Below, one piece after another: positions 59,941 through 64,000 of a stretch of 64,000 bases of DNA (positions within the stretch are counted from its first letter, which is position 1; every line of letters starts with the position of its first letter). A program made the translations under genes and the position numbers. Source of the DNA: Vicinamibacterales bacterium (GTDB lineage: Bacteria; Acidobacteriota; Vicinamibacteria; Vicinamibacterales; CAVVIG01); NCBI GenBank assembly GCA_035315685.1, contig DATFXR010000233.1:4203-68202 (forward strand). The letters are read 5' to 3'. Below the pieces are notes generated by a model. The model did no database searches and was not told the origin of the DNA. It saw only the letters and a program-made list of their open reading frames with translations.

Positions 59941-61109
59941 CGGTACAGCGCCGCCTCGTAGGCGGAGAGCCAGCTCCCGGCGGTCCGCTCCATCGAATAC
60001 CGTTCGACGACAGTCGCCCGCGCCGCGCGGCCGAGACGCGCCGTCAGCGCGCGATCGCGCAGCAACCGACACAGCGCCGCCGCGAGGCCGCGGCGATCGT
60101 CCTTCTCGACCAGCAGCCCGTTCACCTCCGGCTCGATCATCGTATCGGTCGAACCGGACAGTCGTGTCGCGATCGCCGCGAGGCCGCTGGCCATCGCCTC
60201 GAGCAGCGCAATCGACAGCCCTTCGCGGATCGACGGCAGCACGTAGACATCCGCGGCGCGGAAGTAGCGCTCGATCTCGAGCGTCGGCTCGACGAACCGC
60301 ACGAGATCGGCGTGTCCACCGGCGCCCGCGCGCTCGCGGATCGCCGCCGCGATCGTGTCGTCCACTTCGTGATACACCGACTGCGTCGCTCCCACGAACA
60401 GGAGCAGCGACCGGCCGGCGCCAAGCGTCTCCGTCCACGCGTCGTACAACAGATCGGGACGCTTGTCGCGCGAGAAAAAGCCGACGAACAACACGATTGG
60501 CAGATCCACCGGCAGCCCGAGCTCGCGGCGGAGCTGGTCGCGCTCGCCGTCGCGCGCCGGCCGGAACCGCTCCGTCTCGATCGCGTTGCAGACCTGACGC
60601 AGGCGCTCCACCGGTAGACCCGCATCGAGGTACGCGCGCGACAGGCCGGGGCTGACGCTCAGGTACAGATCCGCGCTGCGGTAGGCCCAGTACGCCGCGG
60701 CGCCGGTGGCGCGGACACCGTCCGGTTCGTCGTGCCCGCCGGTCTGCAGCGTGAGAAGGAACGGCTTCCTGAACAACCGGCAGAGTGCGACGAGCAGGAT
60801 CGCCTTGCGCGAAAAGCCGTGGAGGTTGACGACGTCGATGCGTGGTGCGCGGCGCGCGAAGGCGAACGCGAGGCGTGCTCCGGCCGTCAGCTTGGACGCG
60901 ACGCTGGTCATGTCGACCATGATCCGTCGGATCGCCACACCGTCGTCCGACGCGACCGGCGGCAACCGTGGATCGACCGAGGTCGTAAGGATCGAGAAAT
61001 CGACCGCGCGCTGCAGCGCGTGCACGATGCGACGCGCCTGCAGGCCGCCGCCGCTCAACTCCGGGTAGTACGCGCCGGTGACCATCAGCACGCGCGGCTT
61101 CACGCGCAT
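59937..61109 (-). CDS. Glycosyltransferase family 4
   Basis: ATG at 61109 (MRVKPRVLMVTGAYYPELSGGG...). EGLSIALLEAMASGLAAIATRLSG (the E(x7)E motif region). Confidence 0.8.
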   Translation of the reverse strand: MRVKPRVLMVTGAYYPELSGGGLQARRIVHALQRAVDFSILTTSVDPRLPPVASDDGVAIRRIMVDMTSVASKLTAGARLAFAFARRAPRIDVVNLHGFSRKAILLVALCRLFRKPFLLTLQTGGHDEPDGVRATGAAAYWAYRSADLYLSVSPGLSRAYLDAGLPVERLRQVCNAIETERFRPARDGERDQLRRELGLPVDLPIVLFVGFFSRDKRPDLLYDAWTETLGAGRSLLLFVGATQSVYHEVDDTIAAAIRERAGAGGHADLVRFVEPTLEIERYFRAADVYVLPSIREGLSIALLEAMASGLAAIATRLSGSTDTMIEPEVNGLLVEKDDRRGLAAALCRLLRDRALTARLGRAARATVVERYSMERTAGSWLSAYEAALYR

Positions 61110-62329
61110 CGCGCGAGGATCTCGGCGAACGCCGCTGCCGTGCGGCGGATGTCGTACCGGGCAGCCGTCTCTGCGTGAGTCGGGGAAGGCTTCACCGGTC
61201 GTTGGTCGAGCAGCCGCTCGATCGCGGCGGCGATCGCCGGCACCTCGTCTGGCGCGATCACAGGATACCCGAGCTGACGCACGAGATCGGCCGACGCGCC
61301 GCGCGACGGAGTCAGCGCGAGAATCGGCTTGCCCGCGGGCAGGTAGTCGATGAGTTTGCTCGGCAGGAACAGATTCTCGTCTGCCGGCGCGTCGATCAGC
61401 AGCAGCACGTCGGCCGCGGCCACCCACGCGGCGCTCGCGGCGAACGACAGCCGGCCGGTGAACTCGACGACGGCGGACAGACCGAGAGCTACGGCGAGAC
61501 GGCGATCCGCGGGCACTTCGGTGCCGACGAACACCAGGCGCAACGCATCGTCGAGCCGGCGTCGCGCGCGAATCGATGCGAGCGCGTGCAGCAGCGGCCC
61601 GGGCGTCCGGATGCCGGCGTAGAAGCGGCCGGTGTAGACGACCGTCAGCCGATCGTCCCGCGACGCAGGTGCCGCCGTGCGCAGGTCATCGCAATCGAAG
61701 CCATGAGGCACGACATGGGCCTTGCGCCGCCACGCGTCGGGGTAGTTCCGCATCACGCGGTCGGCGGTCTGCGCGTTCACGAACACCAGCGCGTCGGCGT
61801 CGCGAACGACGTCGGCTTCCATTCGCCGCCAGATCTTTTTCTGCCAGGCAGTGCCACGCAGGTAGGGACTGTCGGTCCATGGATCACTGAAGTGGGCGAT
61901 CCACGGCAGCCCGGTTTCACGGTGAAGGCGACGGCCGATCAGATGGTCGGACCAGGGCTGTGCGAACGACACGATCCGATCGACGCGCTGCTCGTGGACG
62001 ACGCGGCGGCCGGCGCGCGTCGCCGCCGGGATCCAGACCCATTTTTCGTCGGGCAGCAGCTTCGCGGGCGGCGCGATCCGCCAGAGCGCGCGGAAGACGA
62101 ACCGTTCCTCTGGCGAGCGCACGGGAACGAGCCTCACGCCTGCCGGCGCCTGCAGCCGTCGCGCGAGGTCCTCGTCCTGGTTGTAACGTCGGGAGCGGGG
62201 CGCGAAGCAGACGACCGACGACTCCCAGCCGAGTGGAACGAGGTGCTTGAGAGTCCGGCTCACCTGCACGGCGCGCGGTCCCGACAACGGCGGCATGTCC
62301 CAGCAGATCGCCAGGATGCGGCCGCTCAT
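61100..62329 (-). CDS. Glycosyltransferase (GT-B, GT4-like)
   Basis: ATG at 62329 (MSGRILAICWDMPPLSGP...). LPSKLIDYLPAGKPILAL. ATGA overlap upstream and 10-nt overlap downstream. Confidence 0.7.
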   Translation of the reverse strand: MSGRILAICWDMPPLSGPRAVQVSRTLKHLVPLGWESSVVCFAPRSRRYNQDEDLARRLQAPAGVRLVPVRSPEERFVFRALWRIAPPAKLLPDEKWVWIPAATRAGRRVVHEQRVDRIVSFAQPWSDHLIGRRLHRETGLPWIAHFSDPWTDSPYLRGTAWQKKIWRRMEADVVRDADALVFVNAQTADRVMRNYPDAWRRKAHVVPHGFDCDDLRTAAPASRDDRLTVVYTGRFYAGIRTPGPLLHALASIRARRRLDDALRLVFVGTEVPADRRLAVALGLSAVVEFTGRLSFAASAAWVAAADVLLLIDAPADENLFLPSKLIDYLPAGKPILALTPSRGASADLVRQLGYPVIAPDEVPAIAAAIERLLDQRPVKPSPTHAETAARYDIRRTAAAFAEILARCA

Positions 62330-63933
62330 GCGGCAGGGACACCGACGCGGGAGGCGACGGCCGCGAGGATGCGATCCACGTGTGCGTGCCACGTGTGGTG
62401 CGCGAGCGCGTCGGCGCGCGCCGCCATCCCGAGCGCTGCACGTAGCGGCGTGTCGTCGATGAGCCGGCGCAGTCCTGCGGCGAGGGCGTTCACGTCGGCA
62501 GGCGGCACCATCCACGCCGTCTCGCCATGGTGAAGTACCTCGGAAATCTGATCGAGATCCGACGCGACGATCGCCTTTCCCATCGCCATGTACTCGAACA
62601 GCTTGGTCGGCGATCCGAAGAACGGCGTGCCGTCGGCATTGGGCAGGTGCGGCGACGCGAGCAGGTCGCACGCCGCGAGATGCTGCGGTCCATCGGCCTG
62701 CTCGATGAGACCGGTGAATCGCACGCAGTCCTGCAGGCCGGCCGACTCGACGATCTGACGCGTGACGGCCAGCCAGGGACCGGCGCCGATCATCAGCAGC
62801 CTGACGCGATCGCGGCAGGCGGGCGTCTGCTGCAGCAGCCGGACGAACGCCTGCGCGAGTACTTGCGCGCCGTGCCAGGGTTGAAACGTCGAGATGAAGC
62901 CGACGACGATGAAGCCGGCGATACCGTGGCGCTGCCGGACCGCGGAGCCGTCAATCGACGGCGAGTAGCGATCGGGGTCGACGCCGTTCGGGTTCACCAG
63001 AATCCGATCGGCGAGCGCTCCGCGTGAGACCAGCTCGTCGCGCATCGCGCGGCTCACCACCACCACGAGGTCGGCGCCGTTCACGTTCAACATCTCGATC
63101 CGGTTCGCGAGCGCCTCGTGCTGCAAGGGTCGAGCCCAGTGGCGGCTCATCCAGATCTCGGAGCCGTTGTACTCGAGGACGAACGGCGCGCCGAGCTCGC
63201 GCGCGAGCGCGAGCCCGGCGTAGTTGTTCAGGCTGTAGCGCTGGTAGATCAGCGAGACGCCGCGGCCGGCGAGCGCACGACGCGCTTCGGCCCCGCAGGC
63301 ATCGTTCAACACGATCGACGGCAGTTCGCTGAAGTTCCAGAACGCTTCGGGTGCACTCACGAGATGGGTTTCGACGCGGCGATCGACCGTCGGCACAGGC
63401 GCGGTCGTCAGCAGCACCGGCGATCGGCCGCGCCGGAACAGTTCGTTGATGACGCCGGCGATGTGACCGACCGATCCGCCGGCGCGGACGCCAAAGCTGA
63501 GGTCGCTCCTGAGATACAACAGCACGCCCCGAGACGCCGTCGCCACCCGCGCGGGCGGCGCCGCCTCGAGCGACGCGATCATCTGCTCGACGCGCCGCAT
63601 CAGTCGGCCGCGCCCGGCAAATTCCCGAGCGAGCTCGGTTGTCCACCGCAGCAGCAGCGGCAGCGAGACGATTCGCTCGCGGCTCTCGGCGTCGACGATC
63701 GAACAGCGCCGCGCCATCAGCCAGAGCGCCCACATCATCATCGGCCGGCCGGAGGTCGCCAGCCGCTCGGTGACCAGTCGCGCCGCGGCGTAGCGGCGCA
63801 CGCGAAACAGTACGCGCCCGCTCAGCGCCCACTGCCGCAGCTCGGTATCGGATACGACCACTTCTCCCGGAGCGGGCTGTGGCAGCGGCAGCCCGCTGCG
63901 GATGACTGTCAGGTGAGAACGCACCGGAGACAA
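62326..63933 (-). CDS. Glycosyltransferase family 4 with a ~130-aa N-terminal extension
   Basis: GGSVGHIAGVINEL...FGSPTKLFEYMAMGKAIVASD. The start is either the TTG at 63933 inside the AT-rich repeat or the GTG at 63924. Confidence 0.75.
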   Translation of the reverse strand: MSPVRSHLTVIRSGLPLPQPAPGEVVVSDTELRQWALSGRVLFRVRRYAAARLVTERLATSGRPMMMWALWLMARRCSIVDAESRERIVSLPLLLRWTTELAREFAGRGRLMRRVEQMIASLEAAPPARVATASRGVLLYLRSDLSFGVRAGGSVGHIAGVINELFRRGRSPVLLTTAPVPTVDRRVETHLVSAPEAFWNFSELPSIVLNDACGAEARRALAGRGVSLIYQRYSLNNYAGLALARELGAPFVLEYNGSEIWMSRHWARPLQHEALANRIEMLNVNGADLVVVVSRAMRDELVSRGALADRILVNPNGVDPDRYSPSIDGSAVRQRHGIAGFIVVGFISTFQPWHGAQVLAQAFVRLLQQTPACRDRVRLLMIGAGPWLAVTRQIVESAGLQDCVRFTGLIEQADGPQHLAACDLLASPHLPNADGTPFFGSPTKLFEYMAMGKAIVASDLDQISEVLHHGETAWMVPPADVNALAAGLRRLIDDTPLRAALGMAARADALAHHTWHAHVDRILAAVASRVGVPAA

Positions 63934-63966
63934 TTAAGAAGTAAGAATTTAGAAGTAAGAATTCCT
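63931..63966. repeat. AT-rich CAATT-AAGAATT element, copy 4 (left arm; the window ends before any partner arm)
   Basis: CAATTAAGAAGTAAGAATTTAGAAGTAAGAATTCC lies immediately upstream (minus strand) of the first glycosyltransferase gene. Confidence 0.85.
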
Positions 63967-64000
63967 GTCATGCAGTATTTGCACGTTCCAGACGTAGCGC

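Noticed and set aside
1078-63966. AT-rich segments as signs of horizontally acquired islands or IS/MITE insertions with terminal inverted repeats.
   Set aside because: Each AT-rich stretch is only 35-140 bp and carries no ORF. I could not see flanking target-site duplications. No transposase or integrase is present in the window. A MITE-like origin remains possible but is unsupported here.
1-64000. Defence systems, toxin-antitoxin pairs, secretion-system or prophage modules.
   Set aside because: Every ORF of convincing coding quality could be assigned to metabolism, glycan synthesis, ligases, hydrolases or membrane proteins. I recognised no nuclease, ATPase-STAND, reverse transcriptase, Cas, integrase or small paired-gene signatures.

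Overview
High-GC bacterial chromosomal segment (roughly two-thirds G+C or more by eye), almost entirely coding. I found no rRNA or tRNA genes, CRISPR arrays, transposases, integrases or phage genes. All calls come from reading the supplied translations and the DNA. No HMM or BLAST search was possible, so family names are motif-level recognitions.

Gene content, in order:
- 1-3.5 kb: the tail of a kinase-like gene, thiS-thiG, a coiled-coil hypothetical, and a membrane protein containing a 2 x 357-bp in-frame tandem duplication.
- 3.8-12.3 kb: a minus-strand operon with a methyltransferase, a DXS-like ThDP enzyme, a split transketolase, an SDR, an ATP-grasp ligase and a GH57-like protein.
- 12.4-17.4 kb: a GT-B-like protein, a cytochrome c/PQQ dehydrogenase, and a cytidylyltransferase-like/methyltransferase fusion.
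- 17.5-25.0 kb: an amidoligase-rich island. It holds three ATP-grasp ligases (one circularly permuted), a GCS2/YbdK-type carboxylate-amine ligase, an M29 aminopeptidase and two esterase-family hydrolases.
- 25.0-33.7 kb: the island runs without a break into a pseudaminic-acid-like nonulosonic-acid gene set (pseG, AKR, class-III aminotransferase, SAF-less NeuB-like synthase, pseC, and pseB across a divergent junction).
- 30.7-64 kb: a very large Wzx/Wzy-type polysaccharide locus. It has a flippase, a Wzz-like protein, a Wzy-like protein, a WbaP-like and a WecA-like initiating transferase, several GT2/GT4 enzymes, four GT-C-like giant membrane proteins, a Dpm1/ArnC-like GT2, AsnB, two DUF218 domains, an SGNH esterase and a sodium:solute symporter.

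The most unusual things I can see directly:
- The multi-ligase island and its physical coupling to the nonulosonic-acid genes.
- Several families of intergenic palindromic or low-complexity repeats whose arms are degenerate 6-9 nt tandem oligomers. These include very AT-rich 'CAATTAAGAATT...' palindromes that fill operon-internal gaps.
- A cluster of six to seven ~30-nt 'TTCCACAGGGGGTCGGGAA..GTTTTCGA' units in mixed orientation between wzx and pseB.

I see no recognisable defence, toxin-antitoxin or mobile system.
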